The notes below the pieces were generated by a model that saw nothing but the letters and a program-made list of their open reading frames with translations, was not told where the DNA came from and ran no database searches. Below are positions 49,864 to 61,596 of a DNA stretch of 64,000 bases, piece by piece. Every line of letters starts with the position of its first letter. The stretch's first letter is position 1. The translations under genes were made by a program, and so were the position numbers. The stretch is taken from assembly GCA_054600435.1 (NCBI GenBank), contig BAAIJX010000005.1, positions 496,001-560,000 of the forward strand, given 5' to 3'. Source of the DNA: Neophaeotheca triangularis (Eukaryota).

Positions 49864-50212
49864 TGTGGGAGGAAGCGAAGTTGAGGTGTGCATTGCGCGT
49901 AGTGGTGGGACTCGGAACAAAAGCAGTCCAGCTCCAGCGGTGGCCGCCCGGCGATGACGGAGTCGACATGCAGCTGTTCTAGACTTGGCACGTGCGTCAG
50001 ATACCCCTGGATATCACAGATAAACGACAATCAAAGACTTTGTTGCTGCACAGCGAGAGATACTCTCGTTCCATTAGAGTCGCTCTTGCTCTAGATCTCT
50101 ATAGGTCCTAGTCTAAAGATGTCCCATCACTTCTACCCCAGTCATCCATGCATGCTCAGAACAAAACGCTGGAGTCGCGAAACACGCAGGCAGCGGCAAA
50201 ACTGCCGTTCCA

Positions 50213-52607
50213 CTACAAATCATCGCAATACCCAGGCGGCTTGACATTGTTGCCATACACCCAGTTGCGGACCGTCAAGCCGGTAGTATAAGCCATCACG
50301 ATGAAACCAAAAACCACCAAGGCCAAATCCGACCATCTCTGCCAGGAGCGTGTAGCCACGGCACGGTGGTGCATGAGGGGCTGCAAGGAACACGATTAGC
50401 TAGGCATTCCGTTCGAGCTTTGAGCGGAGGACTTTTCTTACCGGGTAGATGTAGACAAGGGGGATACAAGCAAAACTACCAACAAGCGATACGAACTTAT
50501 CCAGGTCATTCTTACCCGCCCACGCAATGACAGTAACGAGACCAACAACAAAGAAGCGAAAGATGTTCTTCTGCCATTTGATCCAAGGGTTGTATTTCCC
50601 GGTCTTGCTGAAAAGCTGTTGGCTCGTAATCTCAATGGCAGGGTAGATTTGCAGCGGCGTGCTCAGTAGGATGGCCAGCGAGTAGATGAGTTGCACGCCG
50701 TTGACGAGCGGGTTGTCCTGTGGCATGTTGGAGATGATAACTGTCTTTGTGTGCGAGCCGTAGGCGGCGTAGCTGAGCGCTCCCATGGATATGAAGATGA
50801 CGGAGATGATCAGCATGACCCATGCCAGGACTGTTGGGAACTTTTTCGGATCCTTCATCCCGGTCTGGATGGGAATGACCAGTCCGACGCCTTCGAAAGT
50901 GAAGATCGCGGTGCCGATGAAGAGTGTCCAGTCGTTGTAGTTGAAGTTCTGGATATCAGCAATGCCGCCCTGGTGGACGATGGTCTTGATGTCGTAATAG
51001 TAGAGGTAGAGCAAGCCAAGGCAGATGAAGAGGTCGGCGGCTAATGCCATTTTCTGAATGTTGTTGATGTTACGGTAGAGGCTGATGGGAAGGAAGACGA
51101 CCATTTGAAGGAGGATCAGCCATGTGACGTCGATGAAGTCGCGGCATCTGCTGACCGCTAGCACAAAGGCCTGCAAGTTTTCGGAAACGAAGACAATGTA
51201 GGCGCTCGCGAAGCCAATCTGCGAGATGACGAGCGAGAAGTTGATGAGGTTCTTGAAGTATGCGCCAAAGACCTTGCCGCCCATGTCTCCGAAACTGGCG
51301 GGTACCGCGAGTCTGACAGAGACGAGCAGGATAAAGCAGTAGTACGATAGGAGGGCGATGAAGACGAGCACGAGGTTGGAGAAAAGCATGCCACCGTTGA
51401 GGAAAGCCCGAGGAAGGAAAAGGACTCCAGTACCCACAAAAGACTTGAGTAAAAGCATTGCGGCTCCCATGGGTGAGCCTTTGCCTGCTTCTCGTGTCTT
51501 TCTCCTTCGTCTGCGCTTGCCAGGTGTGAGCAGCGCACTATCTTCGCCCCATCCGTCGTCTGACCGCTCGTCATCGGCCTGGGTCGTACTTTCATCGTAG
51601 TTGTCCGACGAAAAGTACTCATCCGGCCCTAGTACTTCATCATCCTCGTCAAGCGTTTCTCCCGCGAAGTGTCCGTAGAGCGTCAGGAACTCGATAAAGT
51701 TGTTGGCAACGAATTGCGGCTGATGTCTTGGCTGCTCCCGAATTGCCCGAGAGGTGGTACCATAGTCTTGCTTCCGAGGATTGATACTCGAGGGCGCGGG
51801 TGATGCTGCAGTGCGTTTGATATGCTCCCTCCGTAGGCCGCCGGGAACCTTGATGGTCGAGATTGAACCCTCCTCTCCTTCGTGCTTTGGCAGTATGACA
51901 CTGCGACTCCGTCTTAACCGACCTGCTTCCACGTCTTCCGCTTCCTGCTGTTCTCTTTCCCTAGCCTCCGCATACCGATAGATGTGCCTTGTAGTATCAC
52001 CGCCCTGCAGCTGCAAACTAGAAAACTCCTCCTCTTCCGACCTTTGAGCTTGCACTTCCGGACGTTCGCTTGGCATGCTGCTCGGGATCTGGTAAGAAGA
52101 CGGTTGTGATCCAGTCTGCGGCCCGACCAAATGCCTTCGCAGTACTTCAATATCCTCACCACCTTGCCTAGGGCTACGGCCGAGTTGGTTGTTTTGAGAG
52201 CCCGGCGTGAAGGGGCTCTGGATTCCCCGTGGGACTCTTTTAGTGGGGCTGTCCACCTTGGACAAACTGGCCGAGTCGGGCCCTGGCTGTCCATACGATC
52301 GCGCAGGAGAATGCTGCGAGTCCCTTAGGGCTTGAGAGAGCGAAGAAGTGCCGGGTCCGGGCAGGGAGCCAGCGCCGGAAAAGCCAGGCAAAGGTGACTG
52401 GCGTCCTGAAGGGGTAGCATCCCTCTGGTCCGGAGCCTCCTGTCTCCCCGCCGGCGAGCCAGCTACGGGGGATGCTAGTCGTGCGATAGAATCTGCTCGT
52501 GAGGGAGTCTGCGAGATGCCGAGTGCATTGTTGCGGCTCGGTGAGGATGCTGGAGGTATAGGACGTCCTCTGGCTGTTCCAGAAGATCTGCGGTGGTGTT
52601 CAGACAT
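50213..52607 (-). CDS. AVT3: Vacuolar amino acid transporter (Aa_trans/AAAP; Avt3/Avt4 type)
   Basis: Exons 52607-50442 and 50380-50213 (intron GTAAGA..CAG). SSLQLQGGD, NFIEFLTLYGHFAGE, LLKSFVGTGVLFLP, GTAIFTFEG and FVSLVGSFACIPLVYIYPP; many TM segments. Confidence 0.92.
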
Positions 52608-53422
52608 GGTTTCGAGGTGGTGTTATGGTATTGCTTCGTCGAGAAGGCTTATCGGGGGTTTCGAGCTTTGTAGCTGATGTCTGGCTCCGATTGAGACAAG
52701 GGCTACCGTGACTCGTACACCAGGATATCCTTATCTTTTGTCGATAACAGCCGACCATCCCTCATGGCAGGGAGCTGCACATGATAACAGACCCGTGAGC
52801 AATTCAGATTGCTTTTTCCCTTGGTAGTGTTGTTGCTTGGTTATATTGTTTCTTGTTTCTTTTCTTCGTGCCGCTTGCACATGTTCTCGTTATCGGGTCT
52901 TCTGCGGGCTACCTATCCCACACCATCGGAAGTCGGAGTTTCCGGCGTTTCGTGCGGGTTGAAACTCAACTTCATTTCAGGGCACGGCTCCCAACTTGTC
53001 CGCCTACTACTAGTAGTACCTTACTCACGTATCTAACCTTTCTTTACGCTCCGTTCTGACTGGCAAGGGACACTGGTCTGTTTGATGAGAGACAACTCGA
53101 AAGACCTCCACGCTCCCGTGTCAATTACACAATCTCGCCAAGTGGCCATCTTTCTCCCAGAGATGCCGCTCGCAGCACGCCTGGTGCGAACCCCGCCTCC
53201 TCGAGTCGTGGAGTACCGACCGATAGCCCGAGGATGTGGGTAAGGTAGGTGGGTTATATCATTATGAGAGCTCGGTCGAACGTTGTCTGCCTAGCACAGC
53301 CAGATTGGTAGACGTGGAATCTGAGAGTCCAAAGGCATGTTTGGTTTGTTGGTTCTTTGTCATCATAGCAAGACTTTCAACCCATCATCTCAATAGAGGT
53401 AATAGAAACCTCCACATCCATC

Positions 53423-54615
53423 ATGGTCGTAGGAGACTTTCCAATCAAGGGCCGCATCGCCGTGGTAACAGGCGGAGGTAGTGGTAAGTACATGAACGCC
53501 AGGGCCGGCTGCCGTAGACTCGTAGGTGATTGCAAACTAACCTCATAGGCATTAACCTGTCGTTTGTCCGACTCGCTCTTAAGAACGGAGCACGAATTCT
53601 CATCGCAGACCTCAAGCTTCTACCAGAAGCCGAGGAGCTTGTCAACGAGTCCAAAGGCAACGCTGCCTTTGTGAAATGCGATGTGGCTAACTGGGTAGGC
53701 ATTGATATAACCAATCGTTCGTCTGTTGGCGCACACTCACAACAACGACACAGGCCGAACTCGAGAAGCTTCCCGCTGAGGTCTCAAAGGCTTTCAACGA
53801 CGTAGCGGATATTTGGATTCCAGGAGCCGGTGGGTTAGCATGCTGTCCCCTACATGCAGAATATCAAGGCTAATATGGTAACAACAGGTGTCTTCGAACC
53901 TGTAGGGCAACAATGCCCTAGTCCATCATACGTGGTTGCAAACTAATCCCACGGAAAGAAATGGTCCTCCTTCCTCTACGATGAAGAAACAGACTTCTAC
54001 CGAACCCTCCAAATCAATTCGGCGCACCCAATCAAGCTAACCCGCATCGCCATGCGCTCAGCCATGGGAGCCGGCAAACCCTGCGTCGTGCTCCACGAAT
54101 CGAGCATCGCGGGTCTCAGCGGCTCGTACCCAGCAGCACTCTACTGGTAACGTCGCCACCCTCCCCGGCTCGCCATCTCATCTCTACTAGCCACAGCTAA
54201 CACTTGCAACCTCTCACATAGTGCCAGCAAACACGCCATCGCGGGCTTTGTCAAAGCCATGGCTCAAGCCGACATAGACGAAAACATCAAAATCATCGCC
54301 ATCTGCCCGGGAGTCGTCTCGACGCCGCTTTGGACCCATCGCGCCGACAATTTCTCCAAGCAAATGGGCTATTCCGACGAAATGGGCATCACGCCGGAAG
54401 AAGTCGCGGAAGCGATGCTCGAGCTGATTCAGGACGGCAAGTACGAGGGCGGGACATTGATGCAGATCGATAAGGAGGGGAAGCGGTTGGCGGAGAGCGC
54501 GCAGGCGGTGCCGTTGAAGGGGGAAGGGCTGGATGAGTGGAAGGCTAGTGCTTATGCGCCTATTCGGGAGGTTTACAAGAAGGAGAGGGAGGCGGGAAAG
54601 AAGGGCGGAGCGTAG
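53423..54615 (+). CDS. Classical short-chain dehydrogenase/reductase (15-hydroxyprostaglandin dehydrogenase-like)
   Basis: Six hand-spliced exons including a 14-nt micro-exon (53888-53901). TGGGSGIN NAD(P) motif, KCDVANW, GAGVFEP, SSIAG, catalytic YCASK (YxxxK) and ICPGVVSTPLW. Confidence 0.9.
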
Positions 54616-54726
54616 AATGTTGCCACTGTACCCAAACTCTAACCCTCAATCTTGCGTTGCCCAACCACTCCATATCATCAAAAACCCCTCCCCGTGTCTC
54701 AGAAAATAATCACAAGACCTTTCAAC

Positions 54727-55291
54727 ATGGCCGATGCAGACGTCTACGATGCCATCCTGACGACGCCCGTCCATGACCTACGTCGCGCGATTGTCAAAGC
54801 CTGCGAAGCGAACGAGCAATACCGTGAGCTGACGACAAAACACCTTCTGATCCCCGCCGACCCCAACGACTCATCAACACGGAAACGCAAAGCTTTCGAG
54901 CGGTGCGTCAATTGCAGGGGAACCTTCGAAGTTCTCAAGAACGAAGATGGAGATTGCGTGTACCACCATGGTAATAATTCGCCTACTTGCCATTTCAAAC
55001 AGGGATCTAACTACTTGGACTTTCACAGGGCTGAAGCAAGTCGAGTTTCACAACGATTTCTGGGCCGATCATGACCCTGATGCTCACGGGGAGCCCGAGA
55101 CCTTCAAAGACGACCCTGATTTTCAGGATGGGTTTGTCTGGAGTTGTTGTAAGGGTGCTGGAGACGCCGAAGGCTGTGTCGTGACTCGCCACGTTGCTGC
55201 TGATGATGATGATGATAGAGAAAATAAGGCGAGGAAGACTTCCGAGTCCGAGGCGAGCGAGGACGGAGACGAGGAAGAAGACCATAGGTGA
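54727..55291 (+). CDS. Small Cys/His-rich (putative Zn-binding) hypothetical protein
   Basis: Exons 54727-54970 and 55029-55291 (GTAATA..CTAAC..CAG). CVNC..CVYHHG..FWADHD..FVWSCC..GC..RH pattern, RKRK basic patch and acidic tail. Confidence 0.8.
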
Positions 55292-55802
55292 AGGGCGCTG
55301 TTGTTGATTAGAGATGCGTACGTCGAACATGGTGCACTTCGTTCGAGAATCGAGAAGCCCCTCGAAACCACCAATCAAAGCACTCCCCGTCGCCAAGATG
55401 TCTCCACTTGCATCTTCTTCGACTTCACTCTATCCTTGCGGTGAACAAAGAGCTGTAAATTCCAGTTCTATGGGAAAACACGTCGAACCCGTCGTGCACC
55501 TGCAGTCTCATTGGCCCCCGAGTTTCCACGCTAGCGAATGGCTGTTTTTTGATTTTTGGACCACGCCTTGAGCTCGTTTCTTGCAAAACTCGCCGGGATG
55601 TTTTGACCGCTGAAGTGTGCCGTGGAGGCCTACAAGAGCTGCTGACAGTCCAGGGTGTGTGGTACCAGCGACTGGTGACTGCCAAAATGATACGTAGACA
55701 TCCATCCCCGGTGCCTGCAGACGACTTGTCGCCTTGCAAACCTGGCTTTCAGAGCGTCGGGTGCTCGCGAGACCCAAATAGGCCCGGGATGCTTTTGAGA
55801 TT

Positions 55803-55843
55803 TGCCGGGAACATCTGAGGACCTGCCGGGAACATCTGAAGAC
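55803..55843. repeat. 21-bp-period direct repeat (two copies)
   Basis: TGCCGGGAACATCTGA(G/A)GAC at 55803 and 55824. Confidence 0.85.
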
Positions 55844-56497
55844 TAGCCTGGAGACCTAGATGAATAGACGAAACCAGCTCCCTGGCGGATTCTGGTGGCC
55901 AGAGTATCCCGGCGAGTTTGCTCAGAAGCGAGCAGAGTGGTTGTTCAAAAATTCGAAAAACGTCCCTTCGCTAGCGCGACTGTTTACTGACCAATCAGAT
56001 CTCTAGGCAAATTGAGGTATGGCAGAGCTCTACTGAGTTGCCACGGAGCGGAACGATGGTGGGGTGGGCGAAGGGAGGAGCATGGGCTGGAATTCACGCG
56101 TTGAGAAAGGATCTTAGAAGGATGTACGGAGGCTCTGAGTAGGTGATAGGGGCTCTCATACTGCGCACCTAATCCTTTTGGTGACTCTTTCCAATAAGAC
56201 TTATCATATGTTCGTGACCACGTAAAAGACACGTCTGCGCTGTCGCCGCAGGAACGTTGGAAGGCAACAACTTCGATTCTCGCTGCACCGATGTCGCCCA
56301 CGACGCGGCATCACATGACTTCCTAATCCGCCGATTCCAGGCAACTTCCGGTCCGAGGTTCTTCGAGGCAAGCTTATGTACACTACCTACCTAGGTACCT
56401 TGGGTATCAAGCTTCTTCTTTTTACACATTCAGCACGCAGAAACCGCTGCCATCGATTCGAGGCATACCAAGAGACCGAAGCCTTGCTCGCACCGCT

Positions 56498-57715
56498 ATG
56501 GCCGCTTGCGAAGATGGCGCGGAGCAACTACCCGAAACTATGCGGACCGCCACCAGCTATCCGACCGAGAGGCTCCCCATTACCGATAAGCCCAATTCCA
56601 AAATCCCAATGACTCCGCCCAACAGCGCACCTGCATGCTCGAACTCACCAAAAGCCGGTTCTGATTCTGAAAAACCTCCTTTCATCCAGCCAGTCGTCCT
56701 TTCCTCCACCCTCGTAAAGAAGCCCAGATCGAAGGATGGAAGGAAAGCTGTCTCTCTCATGGGATTGCCGCAGGAGTTACTCGACATGATACTTGGGTTT
56801 GCTTTTCCAGGAGGGGCAATGCCTCTGCCCAATCCCGCAAACACGACCCTCACCTTTTGGTCTAGGCGACGCGAGAAAGGGTATCACCCCGCAGGGCACC
56901 AGCCCAGAGTGACACAAAAAGTTCCATCTCCTAGCAGCGTGATGATTTCCAGTGAGCCATGGATCCCGAAGGTTGACGAAATGTTGGTATCAAAGCGCTT
57001 TTTCCACACAGCTGCTAGGGCTTTTGTCGCCGCGTGTCCCATCCACAGCGCCTACTTCCCACGATACCACAGAGCGTTCCTCCTGGCAGCGTTTGCCCGA
57101 AACGTGCATGCCGACTCGTATCACCTGTGCGAGGCAGAGGGATACCGCAATCTTCGCGTCTTGACGTTAAGACTCGACTGGAAGCTTTTTATACCCGTTG
57201 ATTTCGAATCAATCAAACTCTACATGCCGGAAATTCGGGGCAACGAGATAGCTGAATATATCAAGCTGAAGCACGACGGGATCTTTGGTGAGGGTGAGAT
57301 GAGAGGACACGGCGGACTTGCCCGGTTGCTAGGGTCGCGAGGCGTTCGCGAAGTCCAATTCCTCTGGCAAGCCTGCTCCCTGTGCGCCAAAAGCCATTCA
57401 GAGCATTGCGAGGCGAACAGGTTGCGCTTCGAGGGATTAGTGAGGAGGGAGATCATGAAACCCATAACGCCAGAAATCGAAGAGGCGATGGCGCGACACA
57501 AGAGGTACTTAGGTGGTACTGAATCATCTTCTGAGGTGGCCAATCCCCTTTACCCCGGCTCTGCCGTTTCTTGGAATACGCCAAATGTAGTCCCTCCCAG
57601 AAACCAAGCTGTCGACCATCACAAATTTATGAACGAAGCCCAATCTGGCGTCAAGCGCAGACTCAAACCCGAGGATGAAGGCCCCTCGCCGAAAGCTCTG
57701 TGGAAGAGAATTTAG
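56498..57715 (+). CDS. F-box-like protein, tandem paralogue 1
   Basis: LMGLPQELLDMILGFAFP (F-box-like), PKVDEMLVSKRFF, W..CSLC..HCEANR and NPLYPGSAVSW, all shared with the next two ORFs. Confidence 0.75.
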   Translation: MAACEDGAEQLPETMRTATSYPTERLPITDKPNSKIPMTPPNSAPACSNSPKAGSDSEKPPFIQPVVLSSTLVKKPRSKDGRKAVSLMGLPQELLDMILGFAFPGGAMPLPNPANTTLTFWSRRREKGYHPAGHQPRVTQKVPSPSSVMISSEPWIPKVDEMLVSKRFFHTAARAFVAACPIHSAYFPRYHRAFLLAAFARNVHADSYHLCEAEGYRNLRVLTLRLDWKLFIPVDFESIKLYMPEIRGNEIAEYIKLKHDGIFGEGEMRGHGGLARLLGSRGVREVQFLWQACSLCAKSHSEHCEANRLRFEGLVRREIMKPITPEIEEAMARHKRYLGGTESSSEVANPLYPGSAVSWNTPNVVPPRNQAVDHHKFMNEAQSGVKRRLKPEDEGPSPKALWKRI

Positions 57716-58223
57716 AAAGAAGATGTGGGTCGGAAGTTGAAAAGGTTCGGGGATCTCGTTCGAAAGATACAGTCAGACAGTGCTGCAAGTGTTGTTGGTT
57801 GAGCGGATTTTGCTGTTTCTTCGACACGAGTATTTGCTCAGGGCGAAAGCGTAGGCGTGAGACGATGACCGCTGCGCAACAAGGGGCATGCGCGCCCGCA
57901 TTAATCGAGGCTCACATTTCACGCTATCGCTCATAAAGGAACGTGGTTGCTCTCTCCAGTATGTACATCGCCCTCGTGAGCACTTTCAGGGGCAAGCTTG
58001 GGCTGTATGGTGGATGCATGACTACATAATTAGAAGCCGGTACCCCTACATGAAAGTTAGATGCGATAGACCGTTACCCACCGGACATAAGGCAAGTGAA
58101 GATTAGCCCCTTTGCGTAGTGCCGTAGGAGTTGGTGTAGATCTACAGAGACCGGATTTCTAGAATATACTTTTTCCGGTCATCGGCCTCCATGCCAAAGA
58201 TTCTAACATTCACCTCCCATCCG

Positions 58224-58300
58224 CACCTCACTGTCGTCATCGCCCAGCGCCGTCGGCAAGGGTGCCTCAGGTAGCCGCTAGGCCAAAGTTCGACTTTCAC
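58224..58300 (+). repeat. Upstream segment duplicated in front of F-box paralogues 2 and 3 (copy A)
   Basis: ACCTCAC.GTCGTCATCGCC..AGGGTGCCTCAGGT.GC..GCCAA.GTTC matches 61388-61463. Confidence 0.75.
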
Positions 58301-58371
58301 TTTCACGTCTTCAACTTCCAGACTCCATCTTCGGCTTGACAACAAACAACAACATCACCGCAGTTACCACC

Positions 58372-60408
58372 ATGAGCAGCGACGTTGCCAGAGTCACGGC
58401 GCCGCTCATCATGGAGAACGATCGACTGTACTCAATCAACAACCTCAACAAGGGGAAGGCAACGCCAAACCCCGTCACAATAACCTCAGATCCATTTCTC
58501 GCCCATCTCGCTCAAGAACTCGACCCCGAAAGTCCGCTTTACGTCCCAAAAATCGCCCGCCTCATCGTCAAGTACTTCGTCACTCCCCACGTCGCGGTCA
58601 CTCCAAAGATCGCACCAAAGCAGACGAAACGGAACGTCATCAAAGACCTGCCGCCGCCCAACAAGCGCAAATGTCGAACATTCCCAGTCACAAAGCGGAA
58701 GAGCAAAGCCCGTACAGCCATTCGCACAGCGACAACCTCGAAGTCGAAGCTCACCGTCGCCCTTTCTCCACAGCATTCACCTAAAAGCCCGCACCTCGTT
58801 TCAGAAACTCAACGCCCTACCAAAGAGCACGTCATAGCTCCAACACCTCCAAGCAACCAACCGACACAGAGGGGTCGCAAGGTGATCGAGGTCCAGGCCG
58901 CGCCCATTTTGCGCAACCTTCAGGCGCTTCCCAGCACAACGCGAAAGGACAAAACGTGTTCAACTAAGTCTGCCGCGACAGACTCGAGACCAGATGTCGC
59001 CCTCGCTCAACAGCTCCAACCCGCAAACAAGCGCCTCACTTCAGATCTCAGCCGCCTCAGTCCCGAGCAGTTCGTAGCTCCAAGCAAAAAGTTCGCGCTA
59101 TCGAGTCACAACGCGGCTCAGCTCCCGACGGTGGCCATCGTGGGGGAGAACGCGATTCTTTCGGTCACGGAATCGGATAACGAGTCGAGCCCGACCCGCG
59201 CAACCGACCCCATCACGACAAGCTTGTTGGAATCGAAGCCCACCTTCACTCGTCAGCAGCCACAACCTCGAGGCCATTTCCGCATCCCAAAAATCGCTCG
59301 TCTCAAAACCAAATGCGTCACCGGCCCAAAATCTCATCGAACGCAGCCCGTTGTCCGTCGTAAAGTCAAACTCACCGCCACGGGTGCGAAGGCTTGCGAA
59401 ACGGGCTTTCGACTCATGGACTTACCTCAAGAGCTACTCGACGCGGTCCTCGAATACGTTTATCCCAGCGGCCCGGGTGTAGAGATAATCAGCAAGGGGA
59501 TGTTCGAGATGAAACATCGCCTTTCCTCGCGCGCCTCTCTACAATATCCCGAGTACTGCCCTACATCGCCCGCATTTCTACATGATCCCGACTACGCCGA
59601 GGCCGTATTCGTCCCAAAAGTGAATGAGTTCCTCGTAGCGAAGCGGTACTTCTATTCCGCGGCGAAACTCTACGTCCAAAAATGTCATCCACAACACAAT
59701 TTTTATCGCCCATGCTCCGAAGCTCTAGTGGTGGCCTTTGCACGTCATGCCCAGGGAACAGGCATCTTCGCCGATAGAAATCTTCTGCAATTCGCTCATC
59801 TCAAAGTGGTGACACTCAACTTGAACATGCGTAATGTGTTGGTGTTTGGCGAATACGGAATTAGCGACTCCAGAACAAAGGGCAAAGAGTGGGAGGAAGC
59901 AGTAGCCGAGGCGCGAACTCTGCATGATCGAATTATTGGTGAGGCAGAGATGCTGGAAAAGATTGGAGAGCCCTTGAAGATTTTACTCAAGTTGCGTGGC
60001 ATTGTCGAGGTCAAATTTGTGTGGAGCACGTGCTGGTTTTGTGGAAAGGAAGGTAGTCGAGCTTGCAAAGCGAACACAACAACATACGAAACCCTGGTCA
60101 CAAGCAACGTCACGCAGCCTCGAGAGGAAGGCCACCACGCGCTGGAATCGGATGACCTGCACTTGTTCCAATCAAACAAGGAGGCCGCCAACCCTCTCTA
60201 CCCGGGCTCCGAGGTGTCTTGGGATACCCCCAAGGCGAGCGACCTTAGCAAATTCAACCGCAGAAAGACCAAGAAGACAACGACGGTTGCGCCGAGGCCG
60301 AACAAGCGCAAGCAATCAGAGGAGCTTGAGACACAGCCTCAGTCGGTCCACGATCTCGTTGAGTGGCTTGTTGTCAGCATCGCAAATCTTAAGCTCACAG
60401 ACGCCTGA
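58372..60408 (+). CDS. F-box-like protein, tandem paralogue 2 (long basic/disordered N-terminal extension)
   Basis: LMDLPQELLDAVLEYVYP, PKVNEFLVAKRYF, WSTCWFC..ACKAN and NPLYPGSEVSW. First ATG at 58372 within ORF 58336-60408. Confidence 0.78.
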   Translation: MSSDVARVTAPLIMENDRLYSINNLNKGKATPNPVTITSDPFLAHLAQELDPESPLYVPKIARLIVKYFVTPHVAVTPKIAPKQTKRNVIKDLPPPNKRKCRTFPVTKRKSKARTAIRTATTSKSKLTVALSPQHSPKSPHLVSETQRPTKEHVIAPTPPSNQPTQRGRKVIEVQAAPILRNLQALPSTTRKDKTCSTKSAATDSRPDVALAQQLQPANKRLTSDLSRLSPEQFVAPSKKFALSSHNAAQLPTVAIVGENAILSVTESDNESSPTRATDPITTSLLESKPTFTRQQPQPRGHFRIPKIARLKTKCVTGPKSHRTQPVVRRKVKLTATGAKACETGFRLMDLPQELLDAVLEYVYPSGPGVEIISKGMFEMKHRLSSRASLQYPEYCPTSPAFLHDPDYAEAVFVPKVNEFLVAKRYFYSAAKLYVQKCHPQHNFYRPCSEALVVAFARHAQGTGIFADRNLLQFAHLKVVTLNLNMRNVLVFGEYGISDSRTKGKEWEEAVAEARTLHDRIIGEAEMLEKIGEPLKILLKLRGIVEVKFVWSTCWFCGKEGSRACKANTTTYETLVTSNVTQPREEGHHALESDDLHLFQSNKEAANPLYPGSEVSWDTPKASDLSKFNRRKTKKTTTVAPRPNKRKQSEELETQPQSVHDLVEWLVVSIANLKLTDA

Positions 60409-61387
60409 TACTGCGTCCCAAGGAGGCCATGGAAAATTGCAAGGGCGGAGGGAAGAAGCGAAGGTCTGGGTCGTGGAAGTCTCGGACGGAGACGGCCAGG
60501 TAGGAGGCAGCGTACGGCGTACGCAACGGTGGTAAGGGCCAATGGTAAAGAAGCAGTCAGTGTCACTAGATATTTTCGACATCGGCCGGGGATTGAAATT
60601 ATCGGGGGAGCGAGAGCGTAAGCAACATCGTTGCCCACATGGGATTTTCTTGTTCAGTCGGAAGAGAACGGAGAAAGGGGTTTGATCAATGCAAACGGAG
60701 CCATCATAATGCTGCCGAGGCTCGAGTTTCGAGAAAGGATGCAAGAAGACAGCACGCGAATGGCATTCTGGTTTCTAAAGCCTTTTTGCTCCATAAGTCC
60801 ATATCGATACTTCTTCTGATCCAACCACTTACGTTCCTGGCGGAAGGAGTCTAATGCGAAGGCTGTGGTAAGCTTGCGGCTTTTGGGATGGCGGTCGGTT
60901 CAACGATTGTATGTGGTGACCGTCAAGATATACCCTTTAGTTTTCGAAGGAGTCGATGATGGGTAGAAGACCTTGTATTGTGGTTGCGAACAGCGTGTGA
61001 CACCGACTGGAATGCGGTTAATTAGTAGGCGAGGGAGGGAGTATGGGTAGATTTATGTGGTTGAAGCCGCCGGATCGTCGTCAATGTCATGAGCGAGAAT
61101 CGAAGGGAGAAGGGAGGGGGGAGGGGATGGACGGCTTGTAGTCATCGGGTTGCTGATCACGTCTCCGTTCATGCGTCCATAGCGATAATCCCTTTTTGTG
61201 ACCTGACCGCACAAATGTTCCCCCATCGTTTGTATGCATCTTGCCAGACTCGTGAGCTTGGTAAACCGCAAATTGTAGCGACATGGCCCCATTTCGCCCA
61301 GATGGTCTCAGACATGCCAGCAGTAGCCTCGTAGCCTTCGAAATCCCACTTGCTCTACTTCGCCATTCACGCCTCGACTCCGCGTAA

Positions 61388-61463
61388 ACCTCACCGTCGT
61401 CATCGCCTGACTCGCAGATGAGGGTGCCTCAGGTGGCTGTTTAGCCAAGGTTCAATATTCCAC
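61388..61463 (+). repeat. Upstream segment duplicated in front of F-box paralogues 2 and 3 (copy B)
   Basis: Homologous to 58224-58300, including an exact AGGGTGCCTCAGGT. Confidence 0.75.
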
Positions 61464-61596
61464 TCGGGCAGCGCCTGGTGCTTTTCATTAACGTCCAGGC
61501 AGTACCTTCACCTCACTCGCCAGCGTGAATTCCAAGAACACTGCGAAAAGGTATTTCCCACCCCGTTCGACTACCACGAGCTCTGAGCCCACCAAT

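Noticed and set aside
55300..56300. Possible gene remnant between the Cys/His protein and the F-box array
   Set aside because: Only short ORFs with no consistent frame or recognisable homology.
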